Shown here piece after piece: positions 14,925 to 26,366 of a stretch of 32,000 nucleotides of DNA; the first letter of the stretch is position 1, and every line of letters begins with the position of its first letter. A program made the position numbers and the translations under genes. The DNA is taken from positions 2,550,001-2,582,000 of the forward strand of contig NC_000964.3 in the NCBI RefSeq assembly GCF_000009045.1, in the 5' to 3' direction. The DNA is from Bacillus subtilis subsp. subtilis str. 168 (GTDB lineage: Bacteria; Bacillota; Bacilli; Bacillales; Bacillaceae). Under the pieces are notes generated by a model that worked only from the letters and a program-made list of their open reading frames with translations, did no database searches and was not told the origin of the DNA.

Positions 14925-15558
14925 ACAATGAAAACCCATTTAAAAACGGATTTTGATCCTGCTCAGTCAGTACGTCTGTTTCAGGTCCATGGCCGCTTAA
15001 CACCAGCGTGTGTTCCGGAAGCGTAAGCAGTTTTTCATGAATGGACGTCAGCAGCGTCTCTTGATTGCCGCCTATTAAATCCGTACGTCCTATACCGCCT
15101 TGGAACAAGACATCTCCGGAAATGACCAAGTCTGCATCTTTCACGTAGTAAGACACACTGCCTGGTGAATGTCCCGGCGTAAATAATGTTTCCAAATGAA
15201 ACGGCCCGATATTCAACTCACCGTCGCCTTCAATTAGATGATCTGCAGGCTTAGCTGTGACTTCTATCCCTCGCAGCATGCCGGAGCCGTTTAAAGAAGC
15301 GTCCGCAAGCCAATTTTTTTCATTTTGATGCAGGTAAACAGGGATATCCCATTTTTCTCTCACTTCATCAAGCGCCCCAATATGGTCAAAATGGGCATGT
15401 GTAAGCAAAATGGCTAAAGGCGTCAGCCCTTTTTCTTTTATGTATTGATTGATTTTATGTCCCTCGCCGCCCGGATCAAAAATCAGACATTGATCATCAC
15501 TGATGAGAAAATATGCGTTCGCTTGAATCGGCCCTACTGGCATTCGTCTCCATTTCAC
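14923..15558 (-). CDS. yqgX: Metallo-beta-lactamase-fold hydrolase (glyoxalase II-like), 211 aa
   Basis: THAHFDHIG (HxHxDH) motif. GTG 15558 follows GAGGTGA and gives (M)KWRRMPVGPIQANAY. The 46-codon upstream extension in the track has no RBS and looks non-coding. Confidence 0.9.
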   Translation of the reverse strand: MKWRRMPVGPIQANAYFLISDDQCLIFDPGGEGHKINQYIKEKGLTPLAILLTHAHFDHIGALDEVREKWDIPVYLHQNEKNWLADASLNGSGMLRGIEVTAKPADHLIEGDGELNIGPFHLETLFTPGHSPGSVSYYVKDADLVISGDVLFQGGIGRTDLIGGNQETLLTSIHEKLLTLPEHTLVLSGHGPETDVLTEQDQNPFLNGFSL

Positions 15559-15714
15559 TATTATCACCTCTTTCTTTTTTATGCTCTTATTATGAGGGTT
15601 TTTGAAAAAAGATTCAAACAATCGCAATGAAAACGCTATCGACAAACCTATAAAAAACAGGTAGAATAAAACTGGAAAGAATTGCAGGTTTTTCAATGTA
15701 AAGGGGGCTGTGTT

Positions 15715-15888
15715 ATGTTACTTGTCGTGATTTTCGGCCTTGTCGCTCTTTTCGCTTTATGGGGAGTCTTGCGTTCTGTTAGAAATAAAAATATACTCGG
15801 GTTTTTATTAGCCGGTGCCACCTTATTTGTCTTTGGATGGTTTACCGTGATGACCGTAATAAACAGCGGGTATCCAACCGCACATTAA
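15715..15888 (+). CDS. yqgW: Small membrane protein, 57 aa
   Basis: ATG 15715 follows AAAGGGGG. Translation MLLVVIFGLVALFALWGVL... predicts two TM helices. The track start at 15682 is upstream of the RBS. Confidence 0.8.
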   Translation: MLLVVIFGLVALFALWGVLRSVRNKNILGFLLAGATLFVFGWFTVMTVINSGYPTAH

Positions 15889-15923
15889 AACCTGTATCCG
15901 ATCGGATACAGGTTTATTTTTAT
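15887..15923. terminator. Bidirectional terminator between yqgW and yqgV
   Basis: AAACCTGTATCCG-at-CGGATACAGGTTT followed by ATTTTTAT, flanked by AAAA on the other side. Confidence 0.88.
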
Positions 15924-16234
15924 GGCTGTAAATGTTTATTGACACTTTCTATTTTGCTCTCAAGCGTCGTTTTTTTGTCACGCCTGTCATCGATACGGAT
16001 ATTCGTTGCCACTCTGTGCAATCCTTTTTGAAATGGCGCTTCGTGAATTGCCTGAATAACTGCAAAAAGGTCACTGAGTTCTCCCTCGATCAGCGTATTC
16101 ATCGGTGTCAGCTGATATTTGATTTTCCCTTCTGCTTGATATCCTTCTAATATCTTTTGCACATCGGCTACGTAAGCACTGACACTGGGTGTTTCCGTAC
16201 CGATTGGGATAATGGTTACATCTGCGATAGCCAT
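15920..16234 (-). CDS. yqgV: UPF0045 (MTH1187/YkoF-like) family protein, 104 aa
   Basis: 104-aa ORF starting MAIADVTIIPIGTETPSVS..., typical of the UPF0045 family. It begins 2 nt after the yqgU stop. Confidence 0.88.
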   Translation of the reverse strand: MAIADVTIIPIGTETPSVSAYVADVQKILEGYQAEGKIKYQLTPMNTLIEGELSDLFAVIQAIHEAPFQKGLHRVATNIRIDDRRDKKTTLESKIESVNKHLQP

Positions 16235-16236
16235 CG

Positions 16237-17298
16237 TTATTCCATCTCCTTTTGATCAATGATGAGTTGCTTCGTTTCATGTGATTTCAATAAAATAATT
16301 TGCTCAAAATGAAAGCCGTATAACGCATATTTCCCGTTCGGAGATATTTGAATCGGCTCCATTTCCCGCAGAGACACAAGATCTTTTGTCTCTCCCGATG
16401 CTACATTGATTGCTGCGAGCTTATATGCATCGCCGCTTTGTTTGAATGTATAAAACAGGCCTCCTGCTTCATCATAGTCATACTCCATTGGAGCCAAACT
16501 TGTATATTTCGCTTGGAGCGGCCATTTCGCTGTAACAGGTGATGTTGATTGCGGCGTTTTAAACTGATACGTCCCTTTTCCTCCGGAAGCTGATTTGACA
16601 GTAAAACTCATTTGATGGAAAGAATCGAAGAATAGAACGTTATCCTCAAGCTTCTGTTCCGTCTTAGAAGCTGTATCGAACGTATATAAAGGCCCTGTTT
16701 TATCGTCTCTACCCTCTTTTACATAATCAAATGTATTTTTGGATGTCCAATGAATGAACGGAACCTGTACTGGGCTTAAGAAAGATTCGTCTTTTTTAGC
16801 ATTCACCTGATATGTATGGAAATCCCAGTTTTCATTGAATTCCGTCACCATCATTTGATAAGGATCATACTGATTCCAAGCAGCTTCAAGCTCATACGTT
16901 TCGTAATCTTTTTCGTAAAGCGTCTCTCCTTCTGCATTAAGCAAAACCACTGCCGTCTTTTGGCTATGTGTGATTTGCAGCAGAATCATCTGCTCCCTCG
17001 CATTGATTTGAACATCAACGATTTGACCATCCGTTTGATAGAGCTTTTTCGCTTTGCCTGTAAAGATGCGGTACGCAAAAAGCTCTGTTTTCGTCGGATT
17101 AGACGCAGTATATAATATTGTGCTGTTATTCAGCCAGCCTTCCGCCCCATCCGCTTTTTCCGCGGAAAGCGGTATGATGTCTTTTTTCTCATCTTTTGCC
17201 GCCGATGCCTGTTTTTGCTGCTGATGAGATGGTTCGCATGCCGATAAACTAAACAGCAATACCGCCAGCAGAATAAAACAAACTGATCTCATCAGCAT
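16237..17298 (-). CDS. yqgU: Lipoprotein of unknown function (beta-propeller-like)
   Basis: Lipobox LFSLSA|C in MLMRSVCFILLAVLLFSLSAC. The RBS GGAGGGG fits the third codon better (ATG 17292), so the start is uncertain by 2 codons. Confidence 0.88.
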   Translation of the reverse strand: MLMRSVCFILLAVLLFSLSACEPSHQQQKQASAAKDEKKDIIPLSAEKADGAEGWLNNSTILYTASNPTKTELFAYRIFTGKAKKLYQTDGQIVDVQINAREQMILLQITHSQKTAVVLLNAEGETLYEKDYETYELEAAWNQYDPYQMMVTEFNENWDFHTYQVNAKKDESFLSPVQVPFIHWTSKNTFDYVKEGRDDKTGPLYTFDTASKTEQKLEDNVLFFDSFHQMSFTVKSASGGKGTYQFKTPQSTSPVTAKWPLQAKYTSLAPMEYDYDEAGGLFYTFKQSGDAYKLAAINVASGETKDLVSLREMEPIQISPNGKYALYGFHFEQIILLKSHETKQLIIDQKEME

Positions 17299-17359
17299 TC
17301 CCCTCCGATCATCTTTATTCTCTCATATTTGCTTCGGCAGAAAAAAGAAAAAGTTTCAG

Positions 17360-18493
17360 TTACTCATGAAAAAATAACGCCCTCCACAAGATACCGCTTG
17401 TGGCGTTATATATGTGTGAAAACTGCTGAAACGGCAAAGGATTTTGGCCTTTTCCAAGTTCCACCGTATACCCTTCCTTAAAATAATGGTGAATAAACCA
17501 ATCACGAAATCCAGCATAGCTGTCTATATCCCTTACTCCCTTATAAATGTTCCCGCTTAACTCCTCAAACTCCTTTATGACGGCAGCAGATTCCTCAGGC
17601 TCAAGGCCTTTATAGCCCCAATAAATTTCTTCTCCTTGAGTATGAAGAGCCAGCAGTCTGTCAGGCGGATTCTCCGTGATCAGCCGGTACATCGCAATAG
17701 ATTCCGGCTCCGTAAGCGGAGAGATTCCCGGAAAATCGCGGTAGCTGGGTGCTGTCGGTTTTCGGTATTTTTCAATTTCCCATAATGATGGAAATTGTTT
17801 ATTTAAATCAACCCCGTTTATATTCGCCTTCCATTCATTAAAATTTGGACGATGTTCATTTAGCCTTTCGAGTTCATCTCTTCTGGCTCCCATGACTTCT
17901 GATCCGTTTAAAACAAGATCAACGCCATCCGGATTGACAAGAGGAACGAGGGATAAGGATGTGCTGTTAAACAGCTTTATGGGAGAAAAGCCAAAGAAAG
18001 GCGAATTGCAGCATAATGACATACAGTATTCCTTAAACCATTTTAGCAGGACAGACGTTGTAATCCACTCATTCGCATGAAATGACGCGTTCATATGGAC
18101 CTTTTTTACGGCATGCTCCCCACCAGCCTTCAGCTCCCAGATAGGCCTGCCGAGTACAGAACGGCCAATTTCCCGGCATGAGACAAACGGAAAAACATCA
18201 ATAATCTTCTTTATTTCCTTTTCAACAGCTGAATCATCATAGATTTTCTCTTGCTCAATCCAGCTATCTGAAAGTTTCAGCTGCCGAGGCTGTAAAAAGC
18301 GCTTTATGTCCTGAATGGTTTGAAGCTCTTTGCCGCTATGCTCCTCTATCACATAACCAGGGCAATACAATTGATGTTTTTGTGCGGAGCGATTTGCACT
18401 TTTAAGCAATTCCTCGTCTATCTTCAGTTCTTTCGCCACATTGGCCAAATTGTTCTTGATCTCAGGTTTCACCGTAATAAACGCCATCATCAT
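17360..18493 (-). CDS. yqgT: M14-family zinc carboxypeptidase-like (gamma-D-glutamyl-diamino-acid endopeptidase type)
   Basis: HANEW (HxxE zinc ligands) and a downstream LALHTQGE motif typical of peptidase M14. 376-377 aa, depending on which of two tandem ATGs is used. Confidence 0.9.
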   Translation of the reverse strand: MMMAFITVKPEIKNNLANVAKELKIDEELLKSANRSAQKHQLYCPGYVIEEHSGKELQTIQDIKRFLQPRQLKLSDSWIEQEKIYDDSAVEKEIKKIIDVFPFVSCREIGRSVLGRPIWELKAGGEHAVKKVHMNASFHANEWITTSVLLKWFKEYCMSLCCNSPFFGFSPIKLFNSTSLSLVPLVNPDGVDLVLNGSEVMGARRDELERLNEHRPNFNEWKANINGVDLNKQFPSLWEIEKYRKPTAPSYRDFPGISPLTEPESIAMYRLITENPPDRLLALHTQGEEIYWGYKGLEPEESAAVIKEFEELSGNIYKGVRDIDSYAGFRDWFIHHYFKEGYTVELGKGQNPLPFQQFSHIYNATSGILWRALFFHE

Positions 18494-18525
18494 CCCCCTT
18501 TTTTGTTACTATATGACAGCGTATT

Positions 18526-18563
18526 TAAAAAAAGAAAGCCTCCCGCTCACTTCGATGCGGGAG
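18526..18563 (-). terminator. Rho-independent terminator after yqgS
   Basis: - strand: CTCCCGC-atcgaagtga-GCGGGAG-gc-TTTCTTTTTTT, 10 nt after the yqgS stop. Confidence 0.85.
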
Positions 18564-18572
18564 ACATTGTGA

Positions 18573-20498
<1,926 letters not shown>

Positions 20499-20560
20499 CT
20501 ATGCAGCACGCTCAAAAAAATCAGTCTATTCCCAACATTCTCATTAACACATCAAATTAA

Positions 20561-20589
20561 ATCTTAACCTGAGCACAACAAAAAATCAA
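20561..20589 (-). promoter_or_regulatory. Candidate SigA promoter for yqgS
   Basis: - strand: TTGATT (20589-20584), 17-nt spacer, TAAGAT (20566-20561), about 70 nt upstream of the yqgS ATG. Confidence 0.45.
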
Positions 20590-20605
20590 TTTCATTTACA
20601 CAATT

Positions 20606-21571
20606 TTAACAATTTTGATGTTTCAGCCATTCATTTTTAGCGATCCAAGCGCCTCCGATAACGCCGGCATCATTTCCAAGTGCTGCGATTGAAATATCAG
20701 CAGCTTGGGCTGCCCGCGGAAACGCGCATTTGCGGAATGTTTTCTCGACTTTTGATCTCAGCAGTTCTCCGGCTCTCGATACGCCGCCGCCAAGAACGAT
20801 TTTGGATGGATTAAGCGAGCTTGCCAAATTTCCGAGCACCAAACCAAGATGCTTGGCTACATAATCAACCACCTCAAGGGCAATTTCATCATTTTCACCC
20901 GCCGCTTCAAACACATCTCGCGCTGACAATTGTTCGGTTGCTTTTAAACGTGTCGTCTTTTTAGCATTTGCTATTTTTTCTTTTGCAATTCTTACAATTC
21001 CGGTTGCTGACGCAATTGTTTCGATACAGCCCGTTTTGCCGCAGTTGCAGGGCGCTCCGCCTTCAGGGATGCTGCAAATATGGCCGATTTCTCCGCCGGC
21101 GCCATTTATACCATGTACAATTTCACCATTTGCAATGATGCCGCCGCCAACTCCTGTGCCAAGCGTCACGAGAATGACGTCTTTTGCGCCATCACCCGCT
21201 CCCTTCCACATTTCCCCGAGCGCAGCAATATTCGCGTCATTTTCTATAACAGCTGGGATGCCGGTTTCTGTCTCCAGATGGTTTTTCAAAGCATAATTTT
21301 TCCACCCTAGATTTACTGTTTCATAAACCACTCCTGCCGCCATATCTACAGGGCCTGGTGCACCCATTCCGATGTATTTGATGATGTGCTTCGGTTTTTG
21401 CAGCTCATCCAGCTTGCTGTCGATTGTTTTTGCAATTGTGACAGTAATCGTGTCGCCGGTTTTATCTGTCGGAACTTCCCACTTATGCTGAATTTCGCCA
21501 TATTGATTAATAAAAGCGAGTTTAATCGTCGTTCCTCCCAGGTCAATGCCCGCAAACCATATCTCGTCCAT
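20606..21571 (-). CDS. glcK: Glucokinase (ROK family), 321 aa
   Basis: ATG 21571 follows AAGGTGA and gives [22 protein letters not shown] zinc motif [22 protein letters not shown]. The track start at 21670 lies inside yqgQ. Confidence 0.96.
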
Positions 21572-21581
21572 TTTTATCACC

Positions 21582-21797
21582 TTAGCCTTTATAAAAATCT
21601 CTTCCGTTTTTTGTTTGTTCCAATTCTTTTCGAAGGACAGCTGCCGCTCTGGCCCACTGCTCCTTTTCAATCATGTGGTTCATGTATAATTCCTTTAATT
21701 CATCCAGCATAAACTCAATTTCAAGCTCTCTGTCTCCAAAATAAACAATGTGGCCAAACGTTTTTAACAGCTGCTGCACATCATAAAATGTATTCAT
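21582..21797 (-). CDS. yqgQ: Small conserved protein (DUF910-like), 71 aa
   Basis: ATG 21797 follows GGTGAGG and gives [26 protein letters not shown]. It lies 10 nt upstream of glcK. Confidence 0.88.
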
Positions 21798-21906
21798 TTT
21801 CCTCACCATTTCTTGAACTTAACTATCATAAGCGTATTCATAAGGAAGCGGTCAGTCAAGAAGAAAACGCTGACAAAAAAGCCAGCTTCCTTTCCATATT
21901 CCACCT

Positions 21907-23430
21907 CTATGATTCTTTATTGTTTTCAATTTGCCGCTGCAGCTCCTTGTAGCGCTGCTCCTTCGGCTTCAGTTTCACAGCCGTCTGGATGGCCTTTTCT
22001 GCTTGTGCAAGCTCATTTTTTTCCGCATACAATAACGCTAAATTGTAATAGGAAGCATGGTCTTTAGGTTCTTTTTTCACTGCTCGTTCCAAAAGGGAAA
22101 CCGCCTGATCATATTCGCCGATTTGAATATCAGAAACAGCAAGAATTTTCAAAAGATCGGCAGAGGCATCTTTTTGCGCTGCTTCTCCGTTCAGCAATTC
22201 TGTTACTTCTTCATACTTTCCTTCCTGATACAGCTCGCTTGCCTGCTGAATCAGCGCTGACTCCTGGTGTGAAGGCGAATGCAATCCGTAATATAAAAAT
22301 CCAACAGCCAAAGCAATCAGCAAAACCGCTGACAACAATCTTTTTCCAAAGGCTCCGGCTTTAGGCAACCCCAGTGCTGCTGCAGCGAAAAAGCCGCCAA
22401 TCAAGCCGCCGATATGTCCTGAATTATCAATATTCGAAACCGCAAAACCAAAGCCCAGATTGATGATAATAATGACAATAATATTGGTTCCTATAGTTCT
22501 TAAAAACATTTTTCGATTAGACAAAGCAACATACAGTAATGCACCTAAGCATCCGAATATGGCTCCTGATGCCCCTGCCGAAGGATACGGGCTGAACACA
22601 AAACTCGCAATCGAACCCGTAATGCCAGCAGCCAGATAAATCAGCAAAAATCTCCCCGATCCATACATCCGCTCAACCGCTGTACCAACCGACCATAAAG
22701 CCAGCGTATTAAAAGCTAAATGCGCTATGCCGATGTGAAGCACGATCGGTGTCAGAAGCCGCCACCATTCTCCTTGTGCAATCAGGCTGTTTTCTTTTGC
22801 TCCAAAAGCCACCAGTGTCTCCGTATTAGTGCTGCCTCCGTTTATTTCGAGCAAGAAAAACATCAGGATCTGAAGCGCAATAAATAAATATGTAAAAGTC
22901 GGTTTTCCGTTTTGAAAAACCGCCGCTTCAGTTTTTCTCTGTTCTTCTTGTTTCAGCACTAGCGAAAGGAAGCGTTCTCGCGCCATTTGCGCGTTTTCAA
23001 ACGAAGCGTGTTCCTCTGAACAATCTTCTGTACGAAATGATGGAAAAACCGCTTGAAGATCATCTCGAAGCATCGTTCCTCTAACGATCGCCGGCTCAAC
23101 TGACACAGTTCCCTTCTCAAAAGTTTTTTTTGCAATCTCTTCCCAGTCATCAACTGGGGCTTCCGTTGAAAAAAACACGTTCAGCAGCTTCATCCTTCGT
23201 CTGCCCAATTGATGTCTGACTCGTTCTACTCGTTCGGCCTGCTCTTCGATGTCTCTAACCATTTCTTGACGGAAATCAAGATCGTGCTTATAAAGACGAA
23301 CTAGATCATGAGAGGACTTGTCCGGCGCTTCCAGCCATATTTCATCTGACTCACCGGCTTGTATGACGCCATACCCGCTATTCACCAGGTGCGCCGCAAT
23401 TTTCCAATATGTATACTCCAGCAAAAACAT
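21907..23430 (-). CDS. gluP: Rhomboid intramembrane serine protease GluP with C-terminal TPR repeats, 507 aa
   Basis: Rhomboid core with GASGAIFG (catalytic Ser) and HIGGLIGG (catalytic His). The C-terminus has TPR-like repeats (YYNLALLYAEKNELAQAEKAI). Confidence 0.95.
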   Translation of the reverse strand: MFLLEYTYWKIAAHLVNSGYGVIQAGESDEIWLEAPDKSSHDLVRLYKHDLDFRQEMVRDIEEQAERVERVRHQLGRRRMKLLNVFFSTEAPVDDWEEIAKKTFEKGTVSVEPAIVRGTMLRDDLQAVFPSFRTEDCSEEHASFENAQMARERFLSLVLKQEEQRKTEAAVFQNGKPTFTYLFIALQILMFFLLEINGGSTNTETLVAFGAKENSLIAQGEWWRLLTPIVLHIGIAHLAFNTLALWSVGTAVERMYGSGRFLLIYLAAGITGSIASFVFSPYPSAGASGAIFGCLGALLYVALSNRKMFLRTIGTNIIVIIIINLGFGFAVSNIDNSGHIGGLIGGFFAAAALGLPKAGAFGKRLLSAVLLIALAVGFLYYGLHSPSHQESALIQQASELYQEGKYEEVTELLNGEAAQKDASADLLKILAVSDIQIGEYDQAVSLLERAVKKEPKDHASYYNLALLYAEKNELAQAEKAIQTAVKLKPKEQRYKELQRQIENNKES

Positions 23431-23456
23431 GTTTACCGCTCCAATAGTTTTTTTTC

Positions 23457-23465
23457 ATTATAACA
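23457..23465 (-). promoter_or_regulatory. Extended -10 (TGtTATAAT), candidate gluP promoter
   Basis: - strand TGTTATAAT (23465-23457), about 27 nt upstream of the gluP ATG and just downstream of the yqgO terminator. The -35 is poor. Confidence 0.4.
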
Positions 23466-23490
23466 GCTGGCGCTCCGAAACGCCTACTGA

Positions 23491-23521
23491 AAGCAAAAAA
23501 TCCCGTTTTTCACGGGATTTT
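23491..23521 (-). terminator. Rho-independent terminator after yqgO
   Basis: - strand: AAAATCCCG-tgaaaaa-CGGGATTTT followed by TTGCTTT. The stem overlaps the yqgO stop codon. Confidence 0.8.
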
Positions 23522-23693
23522 AGAAAGCTTGCTGTATAAACTTATTGCGGATAAATGGAATTCTTAAAAACAAATGGATAAAAGACCGCCTGATTCCTGG
23601 CTGGCTGAGTACAGTATTCATAAGACGGTAGCGATTTTGATAAAACATGACGGCAGAAACCGCGAAAATGGCATATATCAAAAGTTTTTTCAT
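23520..23693 (-). CDS. yqgO: Small membrane/basic protein, 57 aa
   Basis: Not in the track (<60 aa). ATG 23693 lies 6 nt after AGGAGGGA. Translation: [57 protein letters not shown]. The overlapping + strand track ORF 23647..23898 is rejected. Confidence 0.75.
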
Positions 23694-23759
23694 GATATCC
23701 CTCCTGCCAATAGGGTTTGTTATTCTACCTTATTTATTCTCGAATAAGGGACAGGAAAG

Positions 23760-24323
23760 TTATGAAAAACAAGAAATAATCCGATCCTCTGTTATCAGCT
23801 TATGTACCGGGATGTCATGCGGCAGACGGGGTACGTGCGCAAACAACTGGCACTCCAAAAGCAAAGAGACTGTCTTCCCTTCATATTCACTTAAATAGCG
23901 ATCATAATAGCCGCCTCCAAAGCCGACCCTAAACCCGTTAACATCAAAACAAACACCCGGAACGATCATCAAGTCAATTTGTGATGGGTTTACTTCTTTT
24001 GTTTTTTCAATTACCGGCTCGAGCAGTCCGGCGTACACGGTTTCGAGCTGATCATCAGTCTGATATGTGCGAAATTGCATTTTCTTCGTGTCCGGATGGC
24101 ATTTTGGGATGCAAACTTGTTTCCCTTCTTCCCAAGCCTGCTCAATGACAGGACGCGTCGGTATCTCTAATCCTCTGGAAATAGTGACGGCAATGGTGCC
24201 GGCATTTTGCCACTCCGGCAGAGAAAACAAGTACTTATACATACGTTCCGTTTTTTGAAGAATATCTTCATTTGATAAAGCAGACAGTGCCTCCAGCGTC
24301 TTTTTTCTTAATTGTGATTTCAT
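23760..24323 (-). CDS. yqgN: 5-formyltetrahydrofolate cyclo-ligase, 187 aa
   Basis: 187-aa ORF with the family motif [11 protein letters not shown] and an N-terminal [13 protein letters not shown] typical of the MTHFS family. Confidence 0.92.
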
Positions 24324-24343
24324 CTCTCATCCCCCTCGGAATA

Positions 24344-24386
24344 GAAAAAAAGCCAGAACCTTTTTCAAAGCTCTGGCTTTTTTCTT
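24344..24386 (-). terminator. Terminator after rpmGA (immediately upstream of yqgN)
   Basis: - strand: AAAAAAGCCAGAG-ctttgaaaaagg-TTCTGGCTTTTTTT. It lies only about 20 nt upstream of the yqgN start, so yqgN expression implies partial read-through. Confidence 0.8.
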
Positions 24387-24407
24387 ACACCTCAAACAGC
24401 AAAGCTG

Positions 24408-24572
<165 letters not shown>

Positions 24573-24640
24573 CTAAAATCATTTACTTATTCAGACTTAT
24601 ATATAATACCACTATAATGGACGGAATGCTAGGCTGTTTT

Positions 24641-25720
24641 TCAATGAATTGCTGAATTATTGAAGATACGCTCATAAAGCTGCAAATATGATGACATAAT
24701 GAGTCGGGGGTGGTGGAGCTTGAACACTTGTTGTCTGCCAGCTTCTTTTATCCGGCGGGCTTTTTCCCGGTCTTTTAAAAAACTGTCCAGCAGATCAGCA
24801 GCTTCCTGTACGAGCGTAAAATCAGCGATGATTGCCGTTTTGTCATGAACCGCATAATCACAAAAACCACCTGACTGAGAAACGACAGTCAGCACACCTT
24901 GTTCCATGCTTTCTTGCGCGGCAAGCCCAAACGGTTCATAAGAACTAGGGAAAACAGCCATTTCACAGTGAGACAGTAACGTTCTGATATCTTTCCTATT
25001 TAGAAACGGCAGAAACATGACGCGATCCTTCAGGTTATATGCCGCAGCCAATTTCTCATAGCAGGACAGAGACGGCCCCTCCCCAGCCAGCACTAGATAG
25101 AGGTCAGGCTGACGCTGCTTCAAGATGGCAAACACCTTTAACAGCTGCGATAATCCTTTTTCCGGAACAAACCTTCCATATGAAAAGAGGAATCTTCTAT
25201 TCATGCTTCTCGGGATTTTCCCCTTCTCTTCCTCCATAGATGCAGGGCTTGGGATAACGGTTATTTTCTTATGTGCCGCCTTATCAAGAGACCGCTTCAT
25301 AAATGTGCTTAATACGATCAATGCATCAGCGGATTCTATAAGGAGCCGTTCGGTCATGAGCCTGTATGGGTGTGGGGCTTCTCGGCACACCTTCTTCCTT
25401 TCGCTTTCAAGACCGTGGATTGTCGCAGCAAGCGGAAGGCCAAGCCGTTGTTTCAAATACTGGGCGGCAGGGGCAGTTGTGTCATCATGGGCATGAATCA
25501 GATCAAAGCGTTTATTGTGTGATAACACATGGCGAACCATTGTAAAGTTAGCATCAGCTATGTAATCTTCAAACTTCGCATACGAAAACAGCTGCCCGCT
25601 CGGAGTAAAAACCGTAATGTTGATATGAGGGTTTAAATAGGAAATGAGGCGGTTTAAATGGACACCGAGCCCGCTTTTCGGCTCATCGGGATGTTCGGGT
25701 GAAAGCATGAGAATGTTCAC
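24641..25720 (-). CDS. yqgM: GT4-family glycosyltransferase, 359 aa
   Basis: GTG 25720 gives (M)NILMLSPEHPDEPKSGLGVH. The C-terminal half has the retaining GT-B EX7E-type region (PSSYEPFGLAAQESME). The start overlaps the yqgL stop (GTGA). Confidence 0.9.
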   Translation of the reverse strand: MNILMLSPEHPDEPKSGLGVHLNRLISYLNPHINITVFTPSGQLFSYAKFEDYIADANFTMVRHVLSHNKRFDLIHAHDDTTAPAAQYLKQRLGLPLAATIHGLESERKKVCREAPHPYRLMTERLLIESADALIVLSTFMKRSLDKAAHKKITVIPSPASMEEEKGKIPRSMNRRFLFSYGRFVPEKGLSQLLKVFAILKQRQPDLYLVLAGEGPSLSCYEKLAAAYNLKDRVMFLPFLNRKDIRTLLSHCEMAVFPSSYEPFGLAAQESMEQGVLTVVSQSGGFCDYAVHDKTAIIADFTLVQEAADLLDSFLKDREKARRIKEAGRQQVFKLHHPRLIMSSYLQLYERIFNNSAIH

Positions 25721-26187
25721 CGTTCTTTTTCCCCTCTCCCATAACAGGTGTATGCAGAAAATTGCGCCTCCCACCTGGTGTGCGCTTCTTCAATCTGAAA
25801 ACTGTTTATATGACGAATCCCATTTTCATCAAGATAGATGTCGTCTGTACCGGCAAGCTTGAGAGAGACATTCATTGAATTCACAATTCTGTATTCAGCC
25901 CGATATACAGCATCACCAGCCGCCTGTCTAATCGTCCATTCTCCTTTATCATACGTTGTGCGTTTTGTCCTGACAGCTTCAATGTCTTTTCTTTTGATGA
26001 CAATGCGCAATTCTTTTATCATATCCTGCGTTTTTTCGAAAAGGACCGCTTCAGCCAGCCGCATTGTTTCTTCTGAGATTTCCCAGCTTACGGTCAAGGT
26101 GTGAGCGTTTTGAATGATTATGTCGAATGTGTCCCTAAAAAAGGAAAGCTTATGTCGTATATTATAGGGAAATGGGTGTTTATCCAT
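25717..26187 (-). CDS. yqgL: Protein of unknown function (DUF4912-like), 156 aa
   Basis: 156-aa ORF, RBS TAGGAG. No motif I can assign from sequence alone. Translationally coupled to yqgM. Confidence 0.85.
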   Translation of the reverse strand: MDKHPFPYNIRHKLSFFRDTFDIIIQNAHTLTVSWEISEETMRLAEAVLFEKTQDMIKELRIVIKRKDIEAVRTKRTTYDKGEWTIRQAAGDAVYRAEYRIVNSMNVSLKLAGTDDIYLDENGIRHINSFQIEEAHTRWEAQFSAYTCYGRGEKER

Positions 26188-26302
26188 GGACTCCTAACAT
26201 TCTCCTTTCCAATCGTTCACTTCGTGTTCCTATTAAACCATTACATGAAGAAGAAGCGAAGAAAGATTTCTCGACAAAATCTCGTTTTTTTCGCGAATTC
26301 CT

Positions 26303-26330
26303 TTAGAAACTATTGGTTTTATGGTATAAA
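26303..26330 (+). promoter_or_regulatory. Candidate SigA promoter for yqzD-yqzC
   Basis: TTAGAA (26303-26308), 16-nt spacer ending in TGg, TATAAA (26325-26330), about 37 nt upstream of the yqzD GTG. Confidence 0.45.
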
Positions 26331-26366
26331 AAAGAAGGATAAAAAAAGAATAGAAGGTGATGAAAC

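Noticed and set aside
14923-15696. Long N-terminal extensions in track ORFs: yqgX 15559-15696, glcK 21572-21670, yqgM 25721-25774, pstBA 28813-28875, comGD 7684-7737, yqzG 5468-5518, yqgY 14566-14637, yqgW 15682-15714, sinR 2620-2652
   Set aside because: In each case a downstream start has a properly spaced Shine-Dalgarno sequence and reproduces the family-typical or remembered N-terminus. The extension overlaps the upstream gene or promoter DNA.
23647-23898. 83-aa + strand track ORF between gluP and yqgN
   Set aside because: It overlaps the 5' end of yqgO and the 3' end of yqgN on the opposite strand and has no RBS. The - strand 57-aa yqgO, with AGGAGGGA and its own terminator, explains the region better.
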